Assembly: GCA_036679605.1 (NCBI GenBank) | Contig: JAZDCZ010000327.1 | Coordinates: 1-64,000 of the forward strand | Direction: 5' to 3' | Length of the DNA stretch: 64,000 nt | Source of the DNA: Gemmatimonadota bacterium | Lineage (GTDB): Bacteria > Gemmatimonadota > Gemmatimonadetes > Gemmatimonadales > GWC2-71-9 | Part shown: positions 41,549-51,162 of the stretch, in pieces | Numbering within the stretch: position 1 is the first letter of the stretch | How the letters are laid out: each line of letters opens with the position of its first letter | Notes under the pieces: model-generated | What the model was told of the DNA's origin: nothing | Database searches by the model: none | The model's input: only the letters and a program-made list of their open reading frames with translations | Made by a program: the position numbers and the translations under genes

Positions 41549-42295
41549 TCAGCGCCGATTAGTACAAACGGCAAGCAAATAGAGGCCGCGATCGAGTTGT
41601 TGCTCCGCGAGTCGATCCAATCTCTCGTAAAGCGTCCAGCCCCCCGGAGCTCTTGAGATTAGATGACGTAGTCTCTGACGAAAAGGGTGCAGGCGATACC
41701 AATAGCTAGTGTCAAATGTCGTAACATCAACAGATTTCATGCGATGCCTCACCAAATGCAAAAACTCTGTGTGCGAGAGCCAACGTTCAATCGGCTGTGG
41801 CTCTGCGCTCGTGGCGGAAAAGTAGGTCGCCTGGTATCTGCCATTGGGTGTTGTTATTACAAGTCGTCCACCCTTCTTCAAATGTTTAACCAGAAGATCC
41901 ACAAATCCGGCCTGGTCATCAACGTGCTCAAGGACTTCACTGCACGTGACAACATCAAATCTGCAAGGAAACGTGTATGTTCCGAAGGCACCTTGTACAA
42001 CCTGTGCCCGGGGTGTTCGTTGGCTGGCGTTTTGCACAGCGACAGCAGACGGATCGATTCCAAATAGGGAGCAATCTTCAACTACTTTGGCAATCCCTTC
42101 AAGAAGCCACCCGTTACCACAGCCGACATCCAAAATCTTGGGGCTCGCCAAAAATCGTACAGCTTTACGAACCGCAGAGACCACCAGTGATACTCTCTTT
42201 GGATTAGGTGGCTGCTGATGTTGGGCCTCCCGTTTCCAGCGTGAGTCATAGTACTTTGCTGCTGATCGTTCTAGAGCATGTGGGTCGATAACCAT
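41549..42295 (-). CDS. Class I SAM-dependent methyltransferase
   Basis: ILDVGCGNG, FDVVTCSEVLEHV, GGRLVITTPN. Confidence 0.9.
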   Translation of the reverse strand: MVIDPHALERSAAKYYDSRWKREAQHQQPPNPKRVSLVVSAVRKAVRFLASPKILDVGCGNGWLLEGIAKVVEDCSLFGIDPSAVAVQNASQRTPRAQVVQGAFGTYTFPCRFDVVTCSEVLEHVDDQAGFVDLLVKHLKKGGRLVITTPNGRYQATYFSATSAEPQPIERWLSHTEFLHLVRHRMKSVDVTTFDTSYWYRLHPFRQRLRHLISRAPGGWTLYERLDRLAEQQLDRGLYLLAVCTNRR

Positions 42296-42301
42296 GATGA
42301 C

Positions 42302-42559
42302 CTATTCGTCCGTCAGCTGTTTCAAGGAATACCAAAGCGTGGTCTTGCGGTGAGACTCCGGCATTACTTTGGAAGCGCCCAGCATGTTCCATTTTGATTC
42401 GCTGTCATCAAACATCTTTTCTCCAGAACTCACTCGTGCTGAGGCTCGGTTATCCTGTCGTCTAGAAGTTGGAGACATGAACTTCATGGACGGTGTCTGA
42501 GGGTTCCCAATAGGGAAAGCACTAGAAGGCGAACGGAATGCAGATTGAGTCAGGAACAT
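42302..42559 (-). CDS. Hypothetical 85-aa ORF or gene remnant
   Basis: ATG overlaps the wzt stop (TAATG) and the ORF fills the operon gap exactly. No recognisable motif. Confidence 0.3.
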   Translation of the reverse strand: MFLTQSAFRSPSSAFPIGNPQTPSMKFMSPTSRRQDNRASARVSSGEKMFDDSESKWNMLGASKVMPESHRKTTLWYSLKQLTDE

Positions 42560-43734
42560 TAGAGCACCTTCATTGAAGGATTAAGCTGGACTGACCCCTC
42601 CGCACCATGCCCCCGCACGTTCGCCATAGCGATTGGCCCGCGATGTACGTCCGTGTGGCGTGTGTTGCGTACGACGGATTCGATGAGATAGGAACCGTCG
42701 GGCAGATTCATTTGCAGGCTCATGTCGACTACGAAGTCGCGTTCCTCTGGCAGTTCCATCTTGAGTACTTCGTTACTAACTACGAAGAGAGCTTCCCCCG
42801 TTGCTGGGGACTTGACCCTCACTACGATGCCTTCGCCATCAACAGAACATTCACAGGTTCTTTGGGTGTGGATGAGAATTCGTAGACGTGCTCCCGATTC
42901 TACGGTGGAGCCGTCGGGCAACTCCACTTGGTTGATCTGGTATGGCGAATTGAAACGAGCATCTTCTGATGGCGTAGCATTGCCTGAAATATATTTCGCG
43001 ACACAATCGGACGGATTGCCTTCGAAAACTACGCTTCCCTGGTCGAGGAGCAAAGCGCGGTTACACAACGACACGACTCTTTGAAGTTGATGGGTGACTA
43101 TTATGACGGGGATGCCGCTCTTGACTAGTCGGTGGAGGTGCTCAAACGCTCTTGCCTGAAATTGCCAGTCGCCAACTGCAAGCACTTCATCGATAAGGAG
43201 GACATCGGGATCGAGGTGCGCAGCGATTGAGAACCCCAACCGGGCGTTCATTCCGCTCGAATAGCGCTTAACCGGAGTATCGATGAAATCCGAAATTCCT
43301 GAGAACTCCACGATCGCGTCGAACTTCCGGACTATCTCAGCCCGCTTCATTCCTGAAATCGCCCCCTGAAGGTAAAGGTTCTCGCGACCAGTCAGATCCG
43401 GATGAAATCCGGCCGCGATCTCGATCAGTGCTCCCACTCGTCCCTTGATGTCCATCGCTCCGCGGTTAGGACGGAGGATCCTGTTCAGGATCTTTAGCAT
43501 CGTGGACTTTCCGGCGCCGTTTGGACCGATGATGCCGAGGGCCTCTCCAGGCTTGACGTCGAAGCTCACATCGCGCAGCGCCCAGAAGTCGCCCTCGTCG
43601 AGCCGATCCCGCTTCGGCCCGCGCCCAACCAGCCTCTTCGCCATCGCGGGGACTAAATCCCGCAGGCTGTCATGCACCTCGCCCTTGTGGAACTTCTTCC
43701 ATACCCCATCTACTACGATCCCGTGCTCAGCCAT
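42559..43734 (-). CDS. wzt: Polysaccharide ABC transporter ATP-binding subunit with C-terminal domain
   Basis: FWALRDVSF, GPNGAGKST, GFHPDLTGREN, YSSGMNARLGF, LLIDEVLAVGD, plus about 140 aa of beta-rich C-terminal extension. Confidence 0.93.
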   Translation of the reverse strand: MAEHGIVVDGVWKKFHKGEVHDSLRDLVPAMAKRLVGRGPKRDRLDEGDFWALRDVSFDVKPGEALGIIGPNGAGKSTMLKILNRILRPNRGAMDIKGRVGALIEIAAGFHPDLTGRENLYLQGAISGMKRAEIVRKFDAIVEFSGISDFIDTPVKRYSSGMNARLGFSIAAHLDPDVLLIDEVLAVGDWQFQARAFEHLHRLVKSGIPVIIVTHQLQRVVSLCNRALLLDQGSVVFEGNPSDCVAKYISGNATPSEDARFNSPYQINQVELPDGSTVESGARLRILIHTQRTCECSVDGEGIVVRVKSPATGEALFVVSNEVLKMELPEERDFVVDMSLQMNLPDGSYLIESVVRNTRHTDVHRGPIAMANVRGHGAEGSVQLNPSMKVL

Positions 43735-43737
43735 GGA

Positions 43738-44709
43738 TCAGGCATACTCCGCGAAGAGAAACTCGAGCCGGTGGAACAGCAGTGAGGCACCCAGAAGGCC
43801 GAGCAACGCCCAGCCAGCACTGTAGGCCAGGTACCAGGGCGACCAGACCAACACTGTCTCACCGCTGGGCAGAGCTTCCATAATCGGTGCCAGAAGCCCC
43901 TGGCCCTCTACCACCGTTAACCGAATGCCCTCCAAAATGGGCGCCACGGGGTTCATCATCATGAGCTTGGCTCCCAATGGTCCCATCATGACCGGCTCGA
44001 AGAACACCGGAGTGAAGAATATCCCAAACATCAGAATGACTTGCACAAGGTATTTGACGTCTCGAAAGAACAGGTTGGCCGAACTCAAGAACAGCGCGGC
44101 CGCCCATGTGAACAGGAAAAGCAGTAGCGCCAATACCGGAATCCACAGCAGCGCCAGTGAGAACCCCACCCCCAGCACCGGAAGCAAGAGCACCAGACCG
44201 AGAGACCCTACCGCTGTGTCGAACGCCTGCGCGAACACCGAGGCGACAGGTAGAACCTCTCGCGGGAAATAGATCTTCGTGACCAGGTTCTGGTTGGCGA
44301 TGAGACTCGTGTTGGCAAACCCGATCGCCCCTACGAAGAACGCCCAGGGAAGCGCACGGACTGCGATCCCCGCCATGGCCGCCCGCTCCACACCACCACC
44401 AGACAGGTGGGACATAGCTATCCGGACGACCATTCCCGCGAGCACGATCAGCATCGGCATGAAGATGGCCCATGCGAACCCCATCACCGCCTGTTTGTAG
44501 CGGATCCGAATGTCGCGCAGTACGAACTGGTACAGTAGTTCTCGATACACCCAATAATCCCGAACAACCTCGCTCAGGTCAGCTAAGGCCGAGCGATGCG
44601 GCTCGGCCGAAGGTTCGGCTGCTACCCTCTGATGCTCGATCGGGCCGCTACCGGTCTCCGAGAGATCCTGGGTGCCCCTGCTAGGGGAAACGTTGAGATT
44701 GGTCATCAC
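43738..44709 (-). CDS. wzm: Polysaccharide ABC transporter permease
   Basis: YRELL..RDIRIRYKQAVMGFAW, KIYFPRE, FRDV, NP. Confidence 0.93.
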   Translation of the reverse strand: MMTNLNVSPSRGTQDLSETGSGPIEHQRVAAEPSAEPHRSALADLSEVVRDYWVYRELLYQFVLRDIRIRYKQAVMGFAWAIFMPMLIVLAGMVVRIAMSHLSGGGVERAAMAGIAVRALPWAFFVGAIGFANTSLIANQNLVTKIYFPREVLPVASVFAQAFDTAVGSLGLVLLLPVLGVGFSLALLWIPVLALLLFLFTWAAALFLSSANLFFRDVKYLVQVILMFGIFFTPVFFEPVMMGPLGAKLMMMNPVAPILEGIRLTVVEGQGLLAPIMEALPSGETVLVWSPWYLAYSAGWALLGLLGASLLFHRLEFLFAEYA

Positions 44710-44766
44710 GCTGCATCGACCACCGCAAGGACCAGGGCACCCGACTCTTTTTCAGTGGGACTGCCG

Positions 44767-44791
44767 CAAGTTGTTGTATTTCATACAGTTA
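44767..44791. promoter_or_regulatory. 25-bp palindromic intergenic motif
   Basis: CAAGT-TG-TTG-TATTT-CAT-AC-AGTTA in the divergent gap between wzm and the GT4 gene. Confidence 0.45.
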
Positions 44792-44993
44792 GCTATGTGA
44801 TCGAGGGTTTTCTGCCGACCTCTACGGATTGACTTGTTGCATCGACACCACACCGAGCGCCAACCTCTGCGGTACCGTGCTATCGTGTGAAGGCATCATA
44901 CCCCCAAACCCCGGTATGCGGCTTGCCATAATGCGGCTGTCAGAGGTTCCGGTACCCATCAACGGTAGCCCCTTTTTTCACGACAGGACAAAC

Positions 44994-46115
44994 ATGACCC
45001 AGCAACGTCCCTTGCGCGTGCTGTATCAATACAGATCACAGCACCTTGATACGGGCTCGCCACGGGCATTGCTCAGACTCATCGAACTCGTCGACAGGAA
45101 CATCGTGGACCCATGGTTCATGGCAAGTGGTGACGGTCCGTTGATCGACGCTCTTCGGGAAAGGAATGTGACTATCGTAGAGGGAGGAATGCAGACGATA
45201 TCTCATCGGCACCCGCTGAGGTCAGTTCGAGCAATCGCGCGCCAGAGGCACAGGCTGCGTAGTTGGAAGATCGATGTGGTGCACCTGAACGAACTGGGTT
45301 GGAACCAGGATCTCATCTTCGCCGCTGCTTCACTGCGCCTTCCGGTCTTCCTTCACGTCCATCTGCCTCAAGCCATCGAGTTCCGCAACGCGCATCGGCT
45401 CCTGGCATCAAAGGTTATCCTGGTTTCCGAGGAACAGCGGGTATCGATCCGTCACTTTCATCGCATCATGGACAAGGCAATCGTGATTCACAATCCCGTG
45501 GATCTCGCGACATTTGCATCGGGCAAGAACATTCGCGACGCCCTCAGCTTGCGAAGCGACCAGCGGGTTGTCGGAACCATTGCACAGATTCGACCGAACA
45601 AGGGTATCGTGACCCTAGTCGAGACTGCCCGACTGCTAATACCCCGCCAACCGAAACTCATATTCCTAGTCGTGGGCCCCGATGGCAAAGGACATGGCCC
45701 GTTCGCCGATGACATGAGGCGACTGGTGGGAGAACCCGTGTTCGACGACCGCGTGAGGTTTCTTGGATCTCGAACGGACATCGCCGACCTTCTTGCAACC
45801 TTTGATGTGTTCTTTCTTCCTACGGAACTCGAAACATTGAACATGTCGGTCACCGAGGCTATGGCGGCCAGCGTTCCGGTGGTAACGAGCCCAGTGCACG
45901 GCATGGCCGAACTCATCCCGTCGTCAGAGTTCGGACGTGTGGTCACGCCACCAACCGCCGCAGGGTTCGCCCAGACTATTGAGGACTTGCTGACGGACCC
46001 AGAGCTTGCATCAGGCATCGGTGCACGGGCATGCCACAGCCTGACGGCTCGCTTCGATCGTGCTAGCGTATCGAGCAAACTGAATGAGTTGTACAGCAGT
46101 CTCTTTCTCCCTTAA
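44994..46115 (+). CDS. GT4 glycosyltransferase
   Basis: AQIRPNKG, FLGSRTDI, ETLNMSVTEAMAAS. Confidence 0.88.
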   Translation: MTQQRPLRVLYQYRSQHLDTGSPRALLRLIELVDRNIVDPWFMASGDGPLIDALRERNVTIVEGGMQTISHRHPLRSVRAIARQRHRLRSWKIDVVHLNELGWNQDLIFAAASLRLPVFLHVHLPQAIEFRNAHRLLASKVILVSEEQRVSIRHFHRIMDKAIVIHNPVDLATFASGKNIRDALSLRSDQRVVGTIAQIRPNKGIVTLVETARLLIPRQPKLIFLVVGPDGKGHGPFADDMRRLVGEPVFDDRVRFLGSRTDIADLLATFDVFFLPTELETLNMSVTEAMAASVPVVTSPVHGMAELIPSSEFGRVVTPPTAAGFAQTIEDLLTDPELASGIGARACHSLTARFDRASVSSKLNELYSSLFLP

Positions 46116-46197
46116 CTGCGCGAACACTGCATCAGCAGCGAGCAGCGCGCTGGAGCATCCAACGCCGCGTCGACCACCGAGTGTTGTTGGCAAGTGG

Positions 46198-47244
46198 TCA
46201 GCCGGCGTAAGGGACCCCTCGGCGGAGATTCCTGAGCGCCGCACGTAGCTTGGTCGGTACCAAGCTCTTAGCCAGCATTGCGAGAACGGTCCACGATCTG
46301 CGCCACGCCCAAGCCTTCATCAAGGCTCTGCGTTCCTCCCGCGTGGCACCGGCCACGGCATAATAGTAGGCAAGGTCCATGCATCGAGTCGCGACCAGAC
46401 TACGACAGGCTTTCTGATCAGCAGGTGACATCTGTGCCGCTCCCCGCAAATAATTTCCTATGTACAACTCAACATTGCATTGTAAGACACTCTCGGACTT
46501 CGATGTGTCAACTCCCACTCTGAAATGGCCCGTGTGCGAATCCGGGCGCAAGCGAAAGTAGCTCAGTGGCTCATCCAGATAAGCGAACTGGCCCTGGAGC
46601 GCTAGGCGCAGCCACAGGTCTTCGTCTTGGTTGTACCTTAGGGCCTCCGAGAAACCACCAGCCACTTGGAATGCTTCCAATCGGACCGTCACGGCGGACG
46701 TGTGCATCGGGATCTGCTCCAGCGACATGAACGAATAGAAGCTTGGCTTGCAGACGTACAAGCCCTCACCTACCGCATCCAGATACTTCCCTGCACGCTC
46801 AACGAACTTCGTTCCCCCCAAGAACGGTTCCTGGTCCGCCACATCCTCATTTTCCCAAAAGCGCACGTGGTCGTGGAATACCGCAGTCAGTTGTGAGTTC
46901 GCCTGAAGCACATGAATGGCGCGTTCGACGCGTTCCGGATGGTAGAAGTCGTCGGCGTCCAAGAACGCCACGAACGGTGTTCTTACGTGTTCGATCCCGC
47001 GGTTCCGTACCACTCCTGGGAACCCGGTGTGTTCAATTTGTACGAGCCTGACGCGCTCATCTTCATTGGCAATCTGCTTTACGATACGAACTGTGGCATC
47101 GGTGGATCCGTCATCTACGACGATCACTGTTAGCCGCGGCTCTGATTGGGAGAGCACAGATTCCAGGCTTTGGCGAAGATACAGTTCGCAATTAAAGCTG
47201 GCTATGATGATGGAGATCAGCGAATCAGAACTCGCAGTCATCAT
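46198..47244 (-). CDS. GT2 glycosyltransferase
   Basis: VVDDGSTD, RNRGI, AFLDADD, DEDLWLRL. Confidence 0.9.
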   Translation of the reverse strand: MMTASSDSLISIIIASFNCELYLRQSLESVLSQSEPRLTVIVVDDGSTDATVRIVKQIANEDERVRLVQIEHTGFPGVVRNRGIEHVRTPFVAFLDADDFYHPERVERAIHVLQANSQLTAVFHDHVRFWENEDVADQEPFLGGTKFVERAGKYLDAVGEGLYVCKPSFYSFMSLEQIPMHTSAVTVRLEAFQVAGGFSEALRYNQDEDLWLRLALQGQFAYLDEPLSYFRLRPDSHTGHFRVGVDTSKSESVLQCNVELYIGNYLRGAAQMSPADQKACRSLVATRCMDLAYYYAVAGATREERRALMKAWAWRRSWTVLAMLAKSLVPTKLRAALRNLRRGVPYAG

Positions 47245-47359
47245 GCATGGCCTCTTACAACCGATTGCCCACCAGAAGGGGACCTTTTCATGCGGCCAGC
47301 ACCGCGCCTACCGATCGCACGCGGCGGACCCAACGCATACAAATACTATGGGGTCGTAC

Positions 47360-47518
47360 CTAGAAAATGGTGTAGATGAACGGCGCCAACGCCGACCCCT
47401 GAGCAAATACCAGCAACGCTCCCACCATCACCATTACCAGTACAATCGGCAACAGCCAAAATTTCTTGCGGACCTTCATGAATGCCCAGAATTCTCTTAC
47501 CAGACTCGACTGGCTCAT
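47360..47518 (-). CDS. DUF5989/SxtK-like small membrane protein (52 aa, absent from the ORF track)
   Basis: MSQSSLVREFWAFMKVRKKFWLLPIVLVMVMVGALLVFAQGSALAPFIYTIF*. Confidence 0.88.
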   Translation of the reverse strand: MSQSSLVREFWAFMKVRKKFWLLPIVLVMVMVGALLVFAQGSALAPFIYTIF

Positions 47519-47527
47519 GTATTCACC

Positions 47528-47929
47528 CTAAAATTGACGTTCCAGATCGCTGCGTACCGACGACGCCCGCGAAACCCACACGGAGTCTCCGCCGCGTTGT
47601 GCGGTAAGGGGGTTGCGACCGAATAGACGCATCACCACCCCTATCGGCATCAATACCACGTAGTATACCACCCCCATAAAGATCGGCGTTGTCACCTTGG
47701 AGATAGCGTGCGCCAGGCCCATCCACGCCCGATGGACCGGGCCCAGACGATCGGGAATGATCAAACCGGCGCCGAGGAACAACGCTGCAACAGACCAGAC
47801 AACAAGGTCTGCCGGCTCTTTGCCCCGCCACCAGAGAATGGTCCCCAGGACTCCAAATGCAATGCCGAGGGTGAGGCCAAAGCTACGGCCCTCCTTGCGG
47901 CTCAGTCTAGCTGGAATTCCTGTCGCCAA
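47528..47929 (-). CDS. SxtJ-family membrane protein
   Basis: RSFGL, PVHRAWMGLA, YYVVLMPIG..RLFGRNPL, ERQF. TTG start after AAGGAG. Confidence 0.85.
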   Translation of the reverse strand: MATGIPARLSRKEGRSFGLTLGIAFGVLGTILWWRGKEPADLVVWSVAALFLGAGLIIPDRLGPVHRAWMGLAHAISKVTTPIFMGVVYYVVLMPIGVVMRLFGRNPLTAQRGGDSVWVSRASSVRSDLERQF

Positions 47930-49731
47930 TCGGATGTCTCCTTCCACTGGGGCTGGGCCGTCTTGTCGAGCAGGTACGTACCCAGAACCAAATAATCCAT
48001 GTGCGTTCGCATGAAACAACGATGTGCGTCCCTTGGAGTGCAAACTATTGGCTCACCTCGCACATTGAACGACGTGTTCACCAGGACACCGCATCCGGTC
48101 TGGTTTTCGAACTCCTTGATCAACGCGTGGTAATTGGGGCTGGTGTCGCTGGACACCGTCTGCACGCGAGCCGAGTAATCGATGTGGGTGATCGCGGGAA
48201 TGTCAGACCGAGGCACGTTAAGCTGCTCGATTCCCCACAGCTGCTGCTGATCGTCGGTCATGGGAATCTGGCGGCCCTTCTTGACCGGAGCGACCAAGAG
48301 CATGTAAGGCGAGTCACAGTCCATCTCGAAGTAATCGCTTACCCGCTCTCGGAGAACGCTGGGGGCGAAAGGCCGGAAGCTCTCGCGGAACTTGATCTTC
48401 AAGTTCATCTGTTCTTGCATTTTGGTACTTCTCGGGTCGCCCAGGATAGTTCTCCCACCCAGCGCCCGGGGGCCAAACTCCATTCGCCCGTTGAACCACC
48501 CCACCACCTTTTCGTCGGCCAACACTCCCGCCACCCGCCGGTTTAGCTCGCTACGTTCCAACCGCTCGTACACGCAACCCTCCGAATCAAGAAATTGTCC
48601 GATCTCTTCGTCGGAGAAGCTCGGTCCGAGGTATGCTCCCCTCATGCTGTCCTTGCCCGGTATGACTTTCCTTGGCTGCTTGCAGTGGCGGTGCCAAATG
48701 AGCTGTGCCACGCCCAGCGCCCCACCGGCATCACCCGCAGCAGGTTGGATCCATATATTCTTGAATGGGCCCTCGCGAAGGAGCCGGCCGTTCCCAACGC
48801 AGTTGAGAGCGACGCCGCCAGCCAGGCAAAGATTCTCAGAGCCCGTCTCTTCGTGAGCGCTTCGCGCCATCCGCATCATGATCTCTTCGGTTACTTCCTG
48901 AACCGATCGGGCAAGATCCATCTCTCGCTGCGTGAGCTTCGATTCCGGCTGGCGCGGCGGACCGCCGAACAGCTTCGAGAAGGCCCCGTTCGTCATGGTC
49001 AGGCCAGTCAGGTAGTTGAAGTATTTCTGGTTGAGCGTGAACGAGCCATCATCGTGCAGGTCAACCACCTCATCCAGAATCAGCTTCACGTATTTGGGTT
49101 CACCGTACGGCGCCAGTCCCATCACTTTGTACTCGCCCGAGTTCACCTTAAACCCGGTGAAATACGTGAAGGCGGAGTACAACAGCCCTAGCGAGTCGGG
49201 CCAGTGCAACTCCTTCAACAACTCGATGTCGTTACCCTTGCCAACTCCAAAGGACGCGGTCGCCCACTCCCCCACCCCATCCATGGTGAGGATGGTTGCC
49301 TCCTCGAACGGAGACGGGAAGAACGCGCTCGCGGCATGGGACTCGTGGTGCTCGGCGTACAACATAGGACCGTCGTAACCCAACGAGTCCCGTAGCTGCC
49401 GATCAATGTACAGCTTGTCCTTGATCCAGAGTGGTCCCGCCTTGAGGAACGAACGGAAGCCTCTGGGCGCCACGCCGAGATAGGTCTCGAGGATCCTCTC
49501 GAACTTGAGGAGCGGCTTGTCGTAAAACCCTACGTATGAGAGATCCGACACCTGGATCCCGCCGGCTTTCAGGCAATAGCGCACCGCATTGTCAGGATAC
49601 GAGGCGTCACCCTTTTTGCGGGTGAAGCGCTCCTCCTGGGCGGCGGCCACGATCTCCCCGTCCTGCAAGAGGCAGGCTGCGCTGTCGTGGTAGAAAGCAG
49701 AGATGCCTAGGATATGTGTGGAATCACCCAC
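47902..49731 (-). CDS. O-carbamoyltransferase (NodU/CmcH family)
   Basis: ILGISAFYHDSAA, EERFTR, EHHESHAASAF, DGVGE, EYKVMGLAPYG, GGVALNC, EFGPRALG, NTSFN. Confidence 0.95.
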   Translation of the reverse strand: MGDSTHILGISAFYHDSAACLLQDGEIVAAAQEERFTRKKGDASYPDNAVRYCLKAGGIQVSDLSYVGFYDKPLLKFERILETYLGVAPRGFRSFLKAGPLWIKDKLYIDRQLRDSLGYDGPMLYAEHHESHAASAFFPSPFEEATILTMDGVGEWATASFGVGKGNDIELLKELHWPDSLGLLYSAFTYFTGFKVNSGEYKVMGLAPYGEPKYVKLILDEVVDLHDDGSFTLNQKYFNYLTGLTMTNGAFSKLFGGPPRQPESKLTQREMDLARSVQEVTEEIMMRMARSAHEETGSENLCLAGGVALNCVGNGRLLREGPFKNIWIQPAAGDAGGALGVAQLIWHRHCKQPRKVIPGKDSMRGAYLGPSFSDEEIGQFLDSEGCVYERLERSELNRRVAGVLADEKVVGWFNGRMEFGPRALGGRTILGDPRSTKMQEQMNLKIKFRESFRPFAPSVLRERVSDYFEMDCDSPYMLLVAPVKKGRQIPMTDDQQQLWGIEQLNVPRSDIPAITHIDYSARVQTVSSDTSPNYHALIKEFENQTGCGVLVNTSFNVRGEPIVCTPRDAHRCFMRTHMDYLVLGTYLLDKTAQPQWKETSDWRQEFQLD

Positions 49732-49979
49732 GGGCCTCACACCTCGTTCAGTCAGAATAACGGCCAATAAAGCAAGACTTGCACTCCATTCACTGCTAAC
49801 GCGGCAGACACTTCAAGTCAAGATGTTACAAGAGGTTACAATCTGTCCACGCAAGCCAGCGATGGCTTGTTCGATCACGGGTGTTGCGGGGGCCCTACAG
49901 TTCACGACGGTGCCGCATTTTCTATGGATGGCTCCATCGCGCTGTCCGGCCGGTAGGATCCCGAAGCCTCGGAGCGTTT

Positions 49980-51140
49980 CTAGGAGGATTCACACTGACC
50001 GCCACAGTACAGGCGTTCATACTCCGCCAGCATGCGGGTAAGATTAAAACGTGTGACGACTCGCTCCCGCCCATGGTCTGTCACTGCTGCCTGGTGGCCG
50101 GCCGAATGCATGGTTCTCTTGAGCACGCGCACGTACTCATCTCGGTCATGCAGATCCACTACCTGATCTTGCAGCTCAGGACCAAGCACATCGGCATTGG
50201 CTCCGACGTCCGTAACCACAGGGATTGCCCCACAGGCCATCGCCTCCAACAAGCTAAGGGACAAACCCTCGCTCAAAGATGAGAGGGCAAACACGTCAAA
50301 CATCCTGTAGTATTCTACCGGGTCGTCCACCCAGCCAACGAATCGGACCACGGCCGAAATTCCGAGAGCCCGCACCTTCGCCTTGAGAGCTTCTTCTTGA
50401 GATCCACTTCCACAAAGCACCAGGTATGCTGGTCTCCTTGACTCAAAGGAAGCGTGCACGCTAGCAAATGCTTCGACTAGCCGGTCGTAAGCTTTGATGG
50501 GTTCCAGCCGACCAACGCTCCCCACAATGCACGCGTTCTGCGGGATGCCTAGGCTGGAAGGAAGAGCGGAACTACGCCGAGGGGCAGGCGAGAAAACCTC
50601 CGTATCGATTCCGTTCTCAATTGTGGTTAGGGATCTGTGGTCAACGCCCATCTCTTGCAGGTCCTTCCGCACCCTATCAGAAACGGCAACCGCAAAGTGA
50701 GTCCATGCCGCAGCATGTCGTCTCAGCCACCTATTGACTGTTCCGTTGTCAAGTGTTAGTCCGTGCTCTGTATAGATGATTCTTGGTACATTCACCATCC
50801 GAGCAGCTCGAGCACCCTTGTACCAACAGCCGGAGTGCACGTGTACGACATCGGCCTTGAGTTCCCGTAGGCATCGAGCCAACTTGCGCGGAGCCAACAT
50901 CGAGAAGCCGGGGACGCACTTCAATACTCTGAAATCCTGGAGCAGTGGTCGGATCGACTCTCCCACTTTCCCTGCCCGCCCCGACAGAGTGACAACGGAC
51001 ATGCCAATGCGACTTCCTTGAAAGTGCTTCGCCATTGCTGCGACCAGACTCTCCATCCCGCCGCCGTGAATGTCGAAGACAACGTGTGTGACCCGCACCT
51101 TATCGGAAGGGGAAACTCGATCACACGGTTTAGAACTCAA
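49980..51140 (-). CDS. GT4 glycosyltransferase
   Basis: GGGME, YTEHG, NGID, VGRLEPIK, SEGLSLSLLEAMACG. Start uncertain. Confidence 0.9.
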   Translation of the reverse strand: MSSKPCDRVSPSDKVRVTHVVFDIHGGGMESLVAAMAKHFQGSRIGMSVVTLSGRAGKVGESIRPLLQDFRVLKCVPGFSMLAPRKLARCLRELKADVVHVHSGCWYKGARAARMVNVPRIIYTEHGLTLDNGTVNRWLRRHAAAWTHFAVAVSDRVRKDLQEMGVDHRSLTTIENGIDTEVFSPAPRRSSALPSSLGIPQNACIVGSVGRLEPIKAYDRLVEAFASVHASFESRRPAYLVLCGSGSQEEALKAKVRALGISAVVRFVGWVDDPVEYYRMFDVFALSSLSEGLSLSLLEAMACGAIPVVTDVGANADVLGPELQDQVVDLHDRDEYVRVLKRTMHSAGHQAAVTDHGRERVVTRFNLTRMLAEYERLYCGGQCESS

Positions 51141-51162
51141 CTGCAGGGCTTGTCTTCCTCTT

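Noticed and set aside
47360..49731. Saxitoxin biosynthesis cluster
   Set aside because: No sxtA, sxtG or other core genes are present, and the context is polysaccharide synthesis.
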